DNA of 63,184 nucleotides, counting the filler, from Globobulimina sp. (taxonomy: Eukaryota): NCBI GenBank assembly GCA_003354225.1. It is 17 parts of 17 records of this genome, joined end to end, with 100 filler letters (N's around TTAATTAATTAA, not from the genome) between each part and the next. Parts side by side here need not be neighbours in the genome. Positions count along the whole stretch, not along the records: positions 22,345 to 25,967 come from PIVH01002378.1; positions 26,068 to 29,690 come from PIVH01002379.1; positions 29,791 to 33,413 come from PIVH01002380.1; positions 33,514 to 37,136 come from PIVH01002381.1; 13 more parts are not named here. One strand, 5' to 3'. Of the stretch, positions 23,130-34,664 are shown piece after piece. A program made the translations under genes and the position numbers. Every line of letters starts with the position of its first letter. Within the stretch, counting starts at the first letter, position 1. A model generated the notes under the pieces. The model was not told where the DNA came from. It was given only the letters and a program-made list of their open reading frames with translations, and searched no databases.

Positions 23130-25967
23130 CTATAATTCTTGAACATTGGAGCCAAATGAATCACGCAATATGATAGCAATTATAAGATTAATAAGCGAAG
23201 CAAAACAACAAAATGCATATGCCCATCTATACTGATTTACAATATTTAACGAAGTACCAGAATAATCGATCACCAATACACTAAATATTAATATACACAA
23301 TCCTGAAAATATAAAATTCACACTGGAATTCACCCCGCTGATGAGACCATGAATATATTCAGGGGACGAAGATAACAACAATTCATATCCGCTTGCAAAT
23401 AAACACTCGGATCCTAAAATAAATATAATCACACAAATAATCGGCAACCAGGCAGAATTAACACCGGATATCCCCGTAAATGTAAACAAACCAAACACGA
23501 TTACATACAATACACAGCCGATAAACATCACAGTCCAGACCGAATTAACTTTACTTAGCACATGTCTCCGTAACCAATTACTGCCAAACAACGCACTCAA
23601 TGGAATCACACAAATTAATAAATTTGCGGTATAATCCGTATACATATATTGTTCTACGAGATTACTAATCGACAAAATTGTGAATGAAAACGAAATGCCA
23701 AAGTTTATAGATAAAAATATAATGGACAATATCACCGATTTATTCAAACCAATCAATCCCATATCATACCAATCCCCATACGACCAGTCTTCCGGTATTT
23801 GCATAGTGTTCGTCATCATTCTGTCCCCAGCATGTAACAACGGGGTTGATTCCGAATCATTATCCGACGTCGCATCATCCGCATCACTGATACGCTTGCT
23901 TTTGCTCTTAAGTCTCGAGGGCTGTCTTGCTATAACTGCGTCATCGTCATCATCCATGCTAAATGCGCGTATTCTGCGATAATTTGTATTATTTTTGCGA
24001 TCTCTGTAGGACGCATACACCATACCACACCAACTCAGTCCAGATAATATAACACCAAATAATAAGGGCACAAATAAATTTGTGTTGTCGCTAAAGGTAA
24101 AAAATATCAATGGTACCAACACTAATCTTGCCGAAATATGGCCAGATTCTTTCAAAAATAAACAATATGGTAATACACGTGCGGATAATTTATGTAAATA
24201 TTTCTTCTGTTTTTCATTTGGATTATTTGCCGATATTTTTGCATTGAATGCGTCATCACTGAACCACTCAAATACTAAATTATTCACTGAGGATTCATTA
24301 AATCCGATAGCAATACCCATTACAAATCGAGATATCACCAATATACTCCATAATAATACAGGTGGCGATTCATCACTGTCAATGGCATATTCATATAAAA
24401 ATATCATAGTGGCTATAAACTGGGTGATAAATATGATAAATATCGACCATTTGGCTACATTTTGGGACGAATTTATCCATTTTGCTTTGTTTAATAAATA
24501 GGATGAAAATAATAAACCAATTCCCACACCAATAAAATTAAAGGAATACATTAGACCAAATTCAAACAATTTTGCATTTAATGTGTTGACAATATCACTG
24601 ACAATGGCTGAAAATGAATATAAACAATGAAACGACGACATCCATACCATTCCAATGAGAAATATACCAAAATATGACGTTTTCCATGTTAATTCTGCGC
24701 GCAGTTTATCTTCCGCTATTTGCTCCATATCATATACATTACTACGTGATGTAGAATGTGATGAGGATGAATCTGTATCATTTGTATCACTTTTATGCTC
24801 AATCTCAATGTTATTCTCATCACTCTTACCATCATCTACATCATCGCTTGAATCGGTACCATCTACATCTACATCGCCCGCCTCATTATCTTGTCTCCGA
24901 ACACTTCCATCCTTATTAATCTCCACATACTTACTATCCACACCAACCTGTTTCACTTTCCATTTATCCACATTTGGTTCCAACGCTATAAACTCTCTCT
25001 CGCTCAATTTGTCCTCTTTATTCTCATCATGCATCACATTCTCTTTTTTATCATCATGGATGACATGTTCCTCTTTGTTTTCCTCTTTTTTATCATCATC
25101 AGACTTATAAACAATATCCTCACTGAATCTAACACTCTTCTTCGAGGATTGACTACTTTTTACGTCTTTTAATTCTGGCGGATCAACTTCTAATTCTTTA
25201 TCTTCATCCAAATCACGCATAACATCCACACTCTGTTTTACCGGTTTACTACTTAATTGGTGATGTATCCGCTGCAATGAATCGGGAATATCGTCATAAT
25301 AATCCGGCAAATCTAATTCCCATAAATGCGCACTTTTCTTAGCTGCATGATACAATCCAAGATTGGTAGGCATGCCGCTACCAACTGAACCAATCGACAT
25401 ACGTCTAACTATGAATGGCCCGCCACCCCAATCCATAGAAGCATGGGATGAGGATATGCCACTCGCTGTGCTGGTCTGTCGGTCATGTGTATGCATGTAT
25501 AAATTATCTTGAGTTAACTCTGATTGTTGTTTGTCGTCAGAGTCCGTATCACTTGAACTATATTTTATATTTGATTTTGAAATATCAGCATATAATGATT
25601 TACGTTGACTCTTTCTACGTGGTTTATTTTCACTTTTCTTCTCGTCTGGATCTATCGGCTCCGGTGATCCTATATATTCGGAAATGTTCGGAAATATTAA
25701 ACATATTACTATCACAAACGCGTTTCTATAACTTTTATTGTGTGATGATGAGTATGTACTCGATCTGCTCTGTTCATCATCGGAGTGATGAAATATTACC
25801 GAACCGGATGGTTTATGATGTGGTGAATGTGATGAATGCGATGAATGCGAAGAATGTGAATCAGTATTTAATAATAATAAGTGTGGGGTTTCTTGTGTTA
25901 ATAATTGTGGTGTTTCAATGTCTGTTGTTAATTGTTTTAAAGTTTTTTTTCCCTTTTTCTTTCTGAT
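23130..25967 (-). CDS. MFS-like transporter with long acidic/Ser-rich N-terminal extension, 5'-truncated
   Basis: About 12 hydrophobic segments in two halves with a central loop; ISRFVMGIAIG (MFS TM4-like). Confidence 0.75.
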   Translation of the reverse strand: MRKKKGKKTLKQLTTDIETPQLLTQETPHLLLLNTDSHSSHSSHSSHSPHHKPSGSVIFHHSDDEQSRSSTYSSSHNKSYRNAFVIVICLIFPNISEYIGSPEPIDPDEKKSENKPRRKSQRKSLYADISKSNIKYSSSDTDSDDKQQSELTQDNLYMHTHDRQTSTASGISSSHASMDWGGGPFIVRRMSIGSVGSGMPTNLGLYHAAKKSAHLWELDLPDYYDDIPDSLQRIHHQLSSKPVKQSVDVMRDLDEDKELEVDPPELKDVKSSQSSKKSVRFSEDIVYKSDDDKKEENKEEHVIHDDKKENVMHDENKEDKLSEREFIALEPNVDKWKVKQVGVDSKYVEINKDGSVRRQDNEAGDVDVDGTDSSDDVDDGKSDENNIEIEHKSDTNDTDSSSSHSTSRSNVYDMEQIAEDKLRAELTWKTSYFGIFLIGMVWMSSFHCLYSFSAIVSDIVNTLNAKLFEFGLMYSFNFIGVGIGLLFSSYLLNKAKWINSSQNVAKWSIFIIFITQFIATMIFLYEYAIDSDESPPVLLWSILVISRFVMGIAIGFNESSVNNLVFEWFSDDAFNAKISANNPNEKQKKYLHKLSARVLPYCLFLKESGHISARLVLVPLIFFTFSDNTNLFVPLLFGVILSGLSWCGMVYASYRDRKNNTNYRRIRAFSMDDDDDAVIARQPSRLKSKSKRISDADDATSDNDSESTPLLHAGDRMMTNTMQIPEDWSYGDWYDMGLIGLNKSVILSIIFLSINFGISFSFTILSISNLVEQYMYTDYTANLLICVIPLSALFGSNWLRRHVLSKVNSVWTVMFIGCVLYVIVFGLFTFTGISGVNSAWLPIICVIIFILGSECLFASGYELLLSSSPEYIHGLISGVNSSVNFIFSGLCILIFSVLVIDYSGTSLNIVNQYRWAYAFCCFASLINLIIAIILRDSFGSNVQEL

Positions 25968-26067
25968 NNNNNNNNNNNNNNNNNNNNNNNNNNNNNNNNN
26001 NNNNNNNNNNNTTAATTAATTAANNNNNNNNNNNNNNNNNNNNNNNNNNNNNNNNNNNNNNNNNNNN

Positions 26068-27999
26068 GAGTCACTTTGGGCAATTTCTGAATATTAATTT
26101 CAAAAACATCCTTACTCAGTTAGTAGCATGTCATCATGTCACGTACCTGATACGTTTGTCGAATTACTTTTAGTATCATCCATATCAATGATACTATCGT
26201 CATTATCAATATCGTCATCTTTGTCTTTGCAATACGACGCATTACATCTTGCCCATACTGTTTCAGCCACATTCTCATAATTTGAACAGTGATGCGGCCA
26301 GTGTCCGGTCCAAATATCATCCTTTGTCACTCCATCTAAACAAAATAACAATACGTTCGTTAGTTTTGCGCGGCATATATGATGCATCTCTCCTTCTTCC
26401 TCAATTGTTTCATAATCTCCTTTTAGTATCGGATATTGTTTGAAAAATGCTGCTCGTCCATCGGATGCTGTTTTTCGTGCAGATAACATTGCATTCGATG
26501 TAATTCCATCAGGATTCACATTTTGATACGGCTGAGTCAATTCAGCTCGACCGTCTGTATAAGATGCATGTACAAACAATATAATATGTATACAAACAAC
26601 ACAATAATTAACTTTTTATAATTACTTTACGATGATAACCTGTACCCCATCTAATCGCTTCCCAATTCGCCTCAGACACAGTTGATAAATATTTAGTTAT
26701 GGTTTGATGGATAATTGTTTCTTCCGCTGCCATTACTTTCTTTGTGTATATATTGCTCCAAACAACATGCAGGTCTTTGATTATTTGATTTTGTGCCAAT
26801 ACCTGAGCAATGTCACCAGATTTATCTGCTTTTGTCATATGCGATAATGTTTGGCCAATTTGTTTTATTTCATTGCAATGTAACGAGTGAATTAATTCAA
26901 TCGTTCGTTTCCTGATTCTATACTTATTCATTCTGCTCATTCCAGATGTCGGCTTTCTTACATTTATAGTTTGTTTTTGCGAATCTCTGTATTGTTGGTT
27001 TCGTTTTTGTAATGCAGATATTTTTTTATTTTGTGAACTAATTTTATATTGTTTACCAATGCACCGTTTCCGATATTTTTCCGCTGCATTTTTATTATTA
27101 TTGTTGTCATTTACTTTTGTTTTTAAAATGGCGATTTGTTTTTGTGCTTCTTGTAATTGGGCAGATATCCCACTGTTTTGCTGTGTCAATGTTAATATTT
27201 GCTCACTAAATTCACGGGTCACAGACGTCGGACTCACAGATGTCGGACCCACAGACTTTGGACTGTCACAATTTGTATCTAATGAAAATAAAGGCACTGT
27301 CTGTATTCTTTCTTGTTTATATAAAAATTTATTCATATTCTTGTCCGTTACTATAATTTTATCATATTTCTCGCATCCGATTGACACACATAATGCCTTG
27401 CCTTTTGAGTTGGTTTTTGATGATCTTCGTCTACGTCGTCCGGAAGCTATTGGTGTGATGGGGGTACACTCTCTCACAGAACAAGCAAATTGTTCGCCCA
27501 TATTCACATCAAACGAATCAGATTTCGATGTTGTTGTATTATTTAATATTGTTTGCACATGATTTAGTTCGAGTAATGATGACTTGTGATATGTTGAGTT
27601 GATGTAAAAATAATATAATTTCCGAATTAATTCCTTATATTTTAATATTTGTGTCGGTAATAAATTGTTGGGCGGATAAATAAGCGTTGCTGTTTTATCT
27701 GATAATTCTATAGAACCATCTTTCTCGCACAGCAACGTAAGCATACGCTCGAAATTAATTTTTAAAGCACTTACTCCAAAATAAGTCTTGAATGCATCGC
27801 ATAATGTCGTTGGTGATGGATATGTTCCTTTGCCGGGAGTGATTTTATAATTTGATTTTTTGGATCCGATGAATATCGATATTTTTTGTAATCCCGGAAT
27901 TGAGAATGTCGTCGGGTTTCCTTTCGAATATTTCTGATACGGTGTCAGTTTGGACTTTTGTGTTGACTTTGGAGGCTTTCTGATCGTTTTTTGAGCCAT
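26068..27999 (-). CDS. Candidate Transib/RAG1-like transposase, N-terminal portion (2 introns, 3'-truncated)
   Basis: Basic N-terminus and coiled coil, then RKPTSGMSRMNKYRIRKRT...LSHMTKADKSGDIAQVL...ITKYLSTVSEANWEAIR...CRAKLTNVLLFCLD, resembling in order the DNA-binding/pre-RNaseH motifs of Transib/RAG1. Introns ~26555..26612 and ~26087..26144. Coding status is well supported; the family assignment is by eye only. Confidence 0.4.
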
Positions 28000-28195
28000 T
28001 TTCAGATATTTCAGAAATTCAGATATTTCAGATATCGCAAAAAATCTTGAAAACTGTTTTTTATGGTGAAGAATGGCAAGGATCAATTTTTTATTACACG
28101 CAAAGGTATCACAAACATTAATTTAGTTTATTACAACAATATCGACGCTCAAAGTCGCAATTTGAAATTTGGCCATATTTCAGAAAATGTTCCAC

Positions 28196-28233
28196 TTTTT
28201 TTGTTACATTTCAAAATCTGACAACATATTGTG
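28196..28233 (-). mobile_element. RSS-like putative transposon end: CACAATA-22 nt-ACAAAAAAA
   Basis: Heptamer at 28233..28227 and nonamer-like at 28204..28196, pointing towards the candidate transposase about 200 nt downstream. Confidence 0.3.
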
Positions 28234-28262
28234 TCACATATGACACGTTTAACTACATTTCT

Positions 28263-28961
28263 TCATATTTGAAGAGCTTTATTGCTGACTGTCATACCTA
28301 ATGATAACGGCATGTTATATGCTTTTATGTTTCCATTTAAATCTAAGATGCTATAACGAACCCAGCTGTTTTCATAGTAAATAAAATTTGTCCACAATAT
28401 TAAATATGAGTTATCAAAGCATATTATATTTGTAAATGACTGTTGGAAGAAATATTCAGATGCTTTGAATGGAGGAGACCAGGTTTGAGATGATTTATTG
28501 TTATAAAATATATTGCATTGAATGCTGATATTATATTCGTTGTTTGATTGTGGCTCTTGATAACATGTTATAATATCCAATGTTTGTGGTGAAATACATG
28601 AGGCAGACGATTCTAAAAAACCATTGAAATATAAATTGGATGTTTCTTGATTTGGTAAAATGGAGGATAATGATGGATTGTTTGGGTTTTTGTATTGTTG
28701 GATTTTTGAGTCATATACGTTGGATCAGAAAGAATATGATGTATTGGAAGAAGATAACGGAAGAAATAAATAATTGTATGGTGTGATGGTTGCAGGCGTT
28801 GGATCAAAATATGTGGTAATGATACAAGGTTGTAAGATTCCTGATCCATACGATGCAAATTGTGAATTTAATTGCGTTACATCAGTTATATTGGTAATGA
28901 TGGATAGTCCAATGCAAGAGATGAGTGTTAACAGAGATAATGATAGCAAATAGTTTCTCAT
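28263..28961 (-). pseudogene. Secreted protein with a single in-frame TGA
   Basis: MRNYLLSLSLLTLISCIG signal; SYSF*SNVY at 28725..28727; the frame stays open to 28263. Confidence 0.6.
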
Positions 28962-28974
28962 GTTGGAAAAAAGA

Positions 28975-29690
28975 TTAATGTAAAAAAAATAAAAAAGGGT
29001 TTTTCGAGTTAATTTTGTCATTTGGAACAGTCGCTGTTATAGTATATTCTGCAGAACCTCTGTAATTTGAAGCAACCGGAACAATTGCATCGCATAAATA
29101 TTTCCATAAAACACCCAATGATTTATTATTATGATGCAATGCAACTTCTTTTCTATTTACATCTGCAACAAATTTAAAGATATCATTTTCTTTTAATGCT
29201 GTTGTTGTGACTCTGCCTTTTGTGCCATTGCAAACTTTCAATGATGTTGCATTAATAGATGGTCCAAATGTGAAATACTTTTTATCTGCTACATGACAAT
29301 TATAATTCATTTGATCAATTTCCTTTGCATCGACAAAGCCAATCCAAGAGTAATATGAACATTTATGCACTCGAACACTCCATTCAAATACATCATGATT
29401 TTGTTTTTTGACCACATAATCTGCAATACACGCTGCTGTCATTTGTTTTGAATATTTTATTCTTTGATTACTGACAAATGTTATTCCATTTCCATGATGT
29501 TTTCTATCCCAACACAGCAGTCTTTGTTTCCGCAACGTTAACGTTGCGACCCGTATCACATTGGAATATTGTGTAAAACCAATCTGTTGATAGCATGCTC
29601 GAGCACAGAAGTTATACTTTGAAGTTGGACGCAATCCTTTAACTACAACCTTATGATCACCATCATTCCCATCCAACTCTACTACTTTTG
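28975..29690 (-). CDS. FN3 + SPRY/B30.2 domain protein, 5'-truncated
   Basis: VKGLRPTSKYNFCARA...GFTQYSN (FN3); FEWSVRV...WIGFV...ENDIFKFVADVNRKEVALHHN (SPRY). Confidence 0.8.
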
Positions 29691-29790
29691 NNNNNNNNNN
29701 NNNNNNNNNNNNNNNNNNNNNNNNNNNNNNNNNNTTAATTAATTAANNNNNNNNNNNNNNNNNNNNNNNNNNNNNNNNNNNNNNNNNNNN

Positions 29791-30858
29791 AAATAGATTA
29801 TGCTCCTTCGAAGTACTCACACAATACACAGGCTTTGTTTGTAACTGAGCATATTTTTTCCATAACCAAGGTTGCATAAATTTTTCCATTTCATCATAAA
29901 CATGTTGTTCAATCATTGCATCTCTTTCAACATTATTTTTTGGCTGCTTTTCAATGTCAATATCCATTTTAACGATTGTATCAAAATAATCCTGTATCAC
30001 ATAATCGGGCAAATCTTGCAACGTATTCTCGAAAACACAATGCCAAAATACAGAATAATCCGGAATGGTTTCTGGTATTTCTCCGTTACATTCATTCGGA
30101 TCATAATATAGCACATCTTGCGGCAATATCTCTTCTTTCTCCTTTGCTTTTAAAATAACATCCATTGTGCCCATTTTTTCATGCAATTCTTCCAATTTGC
30201 TCCATGTCATTGCGTACGGATCGTCCTCTGCCGATAATATATGCACATAAAGATGGTGCCCGCTCGACAAACCATGCCGGATTATCAACGCTATCGACGG
30301 CGTATTTATTGCTAACGCCGTTAACAAGTTGTATATTTTGGCCTTATTTTCACTTTTTAAATCATTACGATGTATTAATGAATGATGGTGATCCAAATCA
30401 AAGAATGCATATTTTATATATGCGTCAGTTAATTGTTGTAAATCCCATCCTTTTTTGCGATACAATGGATTTAAATGACTGTATTGTAAATATTTATTAT
30501 TTGACTCTTTCTCTTTTAATATTTCCTGTGGATTATCAGTCAAATACGCATCAAATGGATATAAAATATCGCTCATATAATACCATGATTCTGTGGACAG
30601 TTTCATATTATCTCCGTTATATAATATGTTTTTTGTTTCTTCCTTTTCACACTCGGACTTATTGACACTTATATTATTATTATATTAGCATATATTATTC
30701 AGAAACAATAATAAAATTATTATTGTTTCTGAATAATATATGCATTCTCAACACATGCATTACCTCAATAACTCAAACATATTTTTATAAGAAATAAATC
30801 CATCTTTGTCAGTGTCTAAGTATTCAAATATTTCTTTGATTTTATTTGCATTGTCCAT
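29791..30858 (-). CDS. EF-hand-containing hypothetical protein (1 intron, 3'-truncated)
   Basis: Exon 1 MDNANKIKEIFEYLDTDKDGFISYKNMFELL (EF-hand loop) splices via intron 30668..30763 in frame into the ORF upstream of MKLSTES. Confidence 0.7.
30688..30743. repeat. Perfect 26-bp-arm palindrome inside a 96-nt intron
   Basis: GCATATATTATTCAGAAACAATAATA-AAAT-TATTATTGTTTCTGAATAATATATGC. Confidence 0.9.
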
Positions 30859-30945
30859 TGATATTGATATTGATTGACTGCCTATTTTGTTTTAAAAAAA
30901 CACAAGAATTTTCTATAAATTTCCCGTTGTAAATATGAAATTATT

Positions 30946-31515
30946 TTAACTGTTAGTATTAGCGTAGGATTCTTCGAATAATTTTAATCTGTTCACGATC
31001 CATTCCCTGCACTCATCTCTTTCTTCAATGCATTTTTCAGTATATTTATCATTCAATTTCTTACAGATTCGGTGGATTTTAGTGGCTACGACGTCTTGTT
31101 GTTGTTCGCCTAAACCAAAATAGTACCACATATCGCGTTGAATCAAGTACGGCAACGGATGAATGCGTTGACAATCTAAATTGGCTGAAAATATATCAAT
31201 TAAATCGAATCTGGACGGATGTTCCGGATGTTTTATTCCTTTCTCATAAAATTCTTCTTCAATGGCGATGGAACCTAATGTGGTGGGTCCGGTTCCCATT
31301 AATTTCATTCTCTCCTCGGCGGAGATAAAGGTATGTTGCCGGAAGGCTGCGCGCAAAAAATTTGTGTATTTTGTTCTTTCGGGTTCAAGGTATTTTCGGT
31401 GAACGACACGCAAAAAATCGCGATATAATGTCCCAGAATTCCATTTATGTGGATATTCCTTTGCTATTTCTTTTGCTGGATCGAATCCTTTGGCTCCCAG
31501 TCTTCCCAAGGACAT
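30946..31515 (-). CDS. Hypothetical protein, 189 aa
   Basis: Complete ORF with natural composition. LYRDFLR...LRAAFR weakly recalls LYR-motif proteins. Confidence 0.65.
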   Translation of the reverse strand: MSLGRLGAKGFDPAKEIAKEYPHKWNSGTLYRDFLRVVHRKYLEPERTKYTNFLRAAFRQHTFISAEERMKLMGTGPTTLGSIAIEEEFYEKGIKHPEHPSRFDLIDIFSANLDCQRIHPLPYLIQRDMWYYFGLGEQQQDVVATKIHRICKKLNDKYTEKCIEERDECREWIVNRLKLFEESYANTNS

Positions 31516-31568
31516 GATTGAAAACTAATGTTTTTCAGATACACTATCTTAGTGTTGCTGCAACATCC

Positions 31569-33227
31569 ATGTCACAACGTGGTATGATACAAACATCCAT
31601 GCAAACCGCTGAAGGTGGAGATGAATTAAAAGCTTTTTTATTTTTAAATGAGGACAAATTAAAATCAAAAGCAACGACACTCAAAATCCATAAAGCATTA
31701 ACAAGGAATATAATCGATAAGGATGATTTAATGAGTTTAAGTGAAATTGATTTGAGAGAAACCCTTCAATCATTGGAGTATGATGATAACGGCGATAAAT
31801 TAAAATCATTGGAAATTGGTCGATTAATAAATGTCATCAAAACAACACCAGATTCTGAAATATTTAAAGCAAATAATACAAAATCATCAACAGTCATTGT
31901 TGTGACCCAAACAGTTCAGGAACAACAAGCCATAAATAAAATTGATTCAAAAAAACAAGAAACCTTAAAAATATTAAAAAAAATAAACAATGATATTGCA
32001 GCACTAAATACCGACACTCAAAATGCCAAAAATATCATAAATAATAATTTTGATGACATAATAAAAAAATCGAATGAGCAAAGAAATAAATTATTAAACA
32101 ACATTGACAACGTTGCAAGCAGTAAATCATCAAAATTATTGACACGACAAAAAGAATTACAAAGCTATCATAATAAATTAATTGAGTCAAGAAAGTTGAT
32201 AACAAATTTATATGCAGATACATCTTATGATGCTGTTAAAAGGCAACATAAAATTATTGAAATTGCAGAAAAATCAATTGCTGTTCTACAATATGTTGAG
32301 ATGACAAAGTTTTGTCTAGATTTGGATATTAGAGATGTATTAAATTTATTAACCAAGACAGGATCGGTCAGCTTTGGTCTATCCTTCCCACCAAACATTC
32401 AAATTGGAGCAATAACCAGCTCTTCTGCGGATATTATATTGTCGAAAAATGAGAAAAATAACAGTTCAGCTTTAAAACCAAGTGGATATAAACATAAATA
32501 TGCAGAAATTACGGATAATTTTGATATAAAATCGGATGATGATGATTTGAAATTAGATTGGCAAAGAGGTGCAACTCATGCAGATGCAAAGAAATATACA
32601 ATGAAATGCCTTAAACCGGCAACAAAATATTTAGTGAAAGTGGCAACGCGCAATAAAAATGGATATGGAGCATATACAAGCGCACAATTTCAGACGACGA
32701 CAGGTCGGACAGGATTAACTTTTTCAATTTATAATAAAAAGTGGGTGTCAATGTTGAAAGGTAACACTGAATTTGTAGCGAAAAATAGTGGGATTGCAAA
32801 TAGAATAGCTACGTCTGCAGTTGGTTATAGCAAAGGTTATTATGAATGGAAAATTAAATGTATTCATGATTCTGGCTCATATCAGGCAATTGGTGTTATT
32901 TCTGACTTAAAGCAAGTTTCGCAGATGACAAATCGATGGTTTGGTAGCGGAAGCGGTTATCAATATTATTGGTATGGTTATCAGAATAAAAAAATATTTT
33001 CATACTTGAGTGACGTAAATCAAAATATAGTTGAACAAGTTGATGAACAATGGGGAACTGGTGATATTATAACAATAATGTTGGATTGCGATAATTCAAG
33101 AATGGGATTTAAAAAAAATGATAGATTTATTGGGAAAATGTTTGATATTCAATCGAATGTAACATATTATCCATGTTTAGCTTGTTGTGGTGCTCAAGAT
33201 CATTATATTACTGTTACTGATGTATAA
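31569..33227 (+). CDS. SAM-like + coiled-coil + FN3 + SPRY (TRIM-like architecture)
   Basis: DDLMSLSEIDLRETL; long coiled coil; LKPATKYLVKVATRNKNGYGAYT; GYYEWKIKC...IGVI...WGTGDIITIMLDCD...YYPCL. Confidence 0.85.
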   Translation: MSQRGMIQTSMQTAEGGDELKAFLFLNEDKLKSKATTLKIHKALTRNIIDKDDLMSLSEIDLRETLQSLEYDDNGDKLKSLEIGRLINVIKTTPDSEIFKANNTKSSTVIVVTQTVQEQQAINKIDSKKQETLKILKKINNDIAALNTDTQNAKNIINNNFDDIIKKSNEQRNKLLNNIDNVASSKSSKLLTRQKELQSYHNKLIESRKLITNLYADTSYDAVKRQHKIIEIAEKSIAVLQYVEMTKFCLDLDIRDVLNLLTKTGSVSFGLSFPPNIQIGAITSSSADIILSKNEKNNSSALKPSGYKHKYAEITDNFDIKSDDDDLKLDWQRGATHADAKKYTMKCLKPATKYLVKVATRNKNGYGAYTSAQFQTTTGRTGLTFSIYNKKWVSMLKGNTEFVAKNSGIANRIATSAVGYSKGYYEWKIKCIHDSGSYQAIGVISDLKQVSQMTNRWFGSGSGYQYYWYGYQNKKIFSYLSDVNQNIVEQVDEQWGTGDIITIMLDCDNSRMGFKKNDRFIGKMFDIQSNVTYYPCLACCGAQDHYITVTDV

Positions 33228-33554
33228 TAATAACGCATTTTTGAACACTTTTCTTTAATTCAGTTTTGTATAACTTTTCTACAAATTGTGTCATCTTCAC
33301 TTACTTCACTTACTAATAACACCTTGCCAAAATAAATCGGCAGCAAAATACACACAAAATCAATAAAACCTAGATAGTCACCACGGACGATCCAAGTAAT
33401 AATCTAAAACCGTNNNNNNNNNNNNNNNNNNNNNNNNNNNNNNNNNNNNNNNNNNNNTTAATTAATTAANNNNNNNNNNNNNNNNNNNNNNNNNNNNNNN
33501 NNNNNNNNNNNNNAAATAAAACATTATTATGGTACTAACAAAGCGGCGCATAAA

Positions 33555-34622
33555 ATGGTATTAATTTCACAATGTGGCAACGAACAAGAGATTGGAAGGA
33601 ATATTAAGAAAATGTCACTGACTCAATTTATAGCATTCAGACAAAAAACTGTCGAAAACACAACAGTTTTATTGGAAAGTACATTGTGCAGAAAACTCGG
33701 ATTGCACCGACGCATACTAAGCGGTAGAGACTGTGAACAGGTTTTTCTGATTGAAAGTTTATGCTGTTTGGAAAAATATGATGAAATTTCAAAAATGATT
33801 ATGACGAATAAATATCTATATAATCCCTATAATGTATATGGGTTATTGATAATATTATTGTCAATGAAGGATAAAATCCATTTATTAAATATGCAATGTA
33901 CACAAAAAATACTATCATATTTGTTACAGATATGTAAGCCGAACGAAAATATTAAACTGTTTATTATGTTGGTATTTTACTCAACAAACATTGCACAATG
34001 TTTTGCAGCACACCATGGCAGAGAATTATCCATTGATGGTCTCTATGAATACCACCAGAAAGCAATAAAAGAGCATGGACAAAAGTTTCTGACACAAATG
34101 GTGTTTGAGGAAGTGTTAAAATTAAGTACACGGAGTCAAGATACACATGCATTGCTAGTATATGATACTTGGTTATACGGTATCAATGAAACGATTGTAT
34201 TACATACAAGACAATATGGACAAATTATAGATAATTATACCGTATGTTTTCAACGTTCTGCTGTAACTTATATTCGTGTGTTATGTTTACGGGGATTGGC
34301 TGTTTTTTGTTATAAGAAAAGATTATATTTGATAGGAAGCAAAGTGTGGAAGTCAGCCTATGTTTTATCAAATGGTTATATGTATCCATCATTTGTGAAA
34401 GAAACATATCCAAAAATGAAACGGAAATTTGCTAAAAAAAGAAGAAAAAGCAAATGTGATAATTGTGGGGAATCAAAAACAAAACTGAAGGCATGTTGTG
34501 ATTGTATGAGGGCTGTTTACTGCAGCAGGAGATGTCAGAAAATTGCATGGAAATTACACAGAGATTTATGCGACAAAGTTTGGAGGAATCCATTGACTCG
34601 AATCAAATGTATGTTTGTTTAA
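33555..34622 (+). CDS. MYND zinc-finger protein
   Basis: C-terminal CDNC...KACCDCMRAVYCSRRCQKIAWKLHRDLC. Confidence 0.88.
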   Translation: MVLISQCGNEQEIGRNIKKMSLTQFIAFRQKTVENTTVLLESTLCRKLGLHRRILSGRDCEQVFLIESLCCLEKYDEISKMIMTNKYLYNPYNVYGLLIILLSMKDKIHLLNMQCTQKILSYLLQICKPNENIKLFIMLVFYSTNIAQCFAAHHGRELSIDGLYEYHQKAIKEHGQKFLTQMVFEEVLKLSTRSQDTHALLVYDTWLYGINETIVLHTRQYGQIIDNYTVCFQRSAVTYIRVLCLRGLAVFCYKKRLYLIGSKVWKSAYVLSNGYMYPSFVKETYPKMKRKFAKKRRKSKCDNCGESKTKLKACCDCMRAVYCSRRCQKIAWKLHRDLCDKVWRNPLTRIKCMFV

Positions 34623-34664
34623 ATTTAAATATTTGTTAAAAAACTCTAGCAACACAGTATCAAA

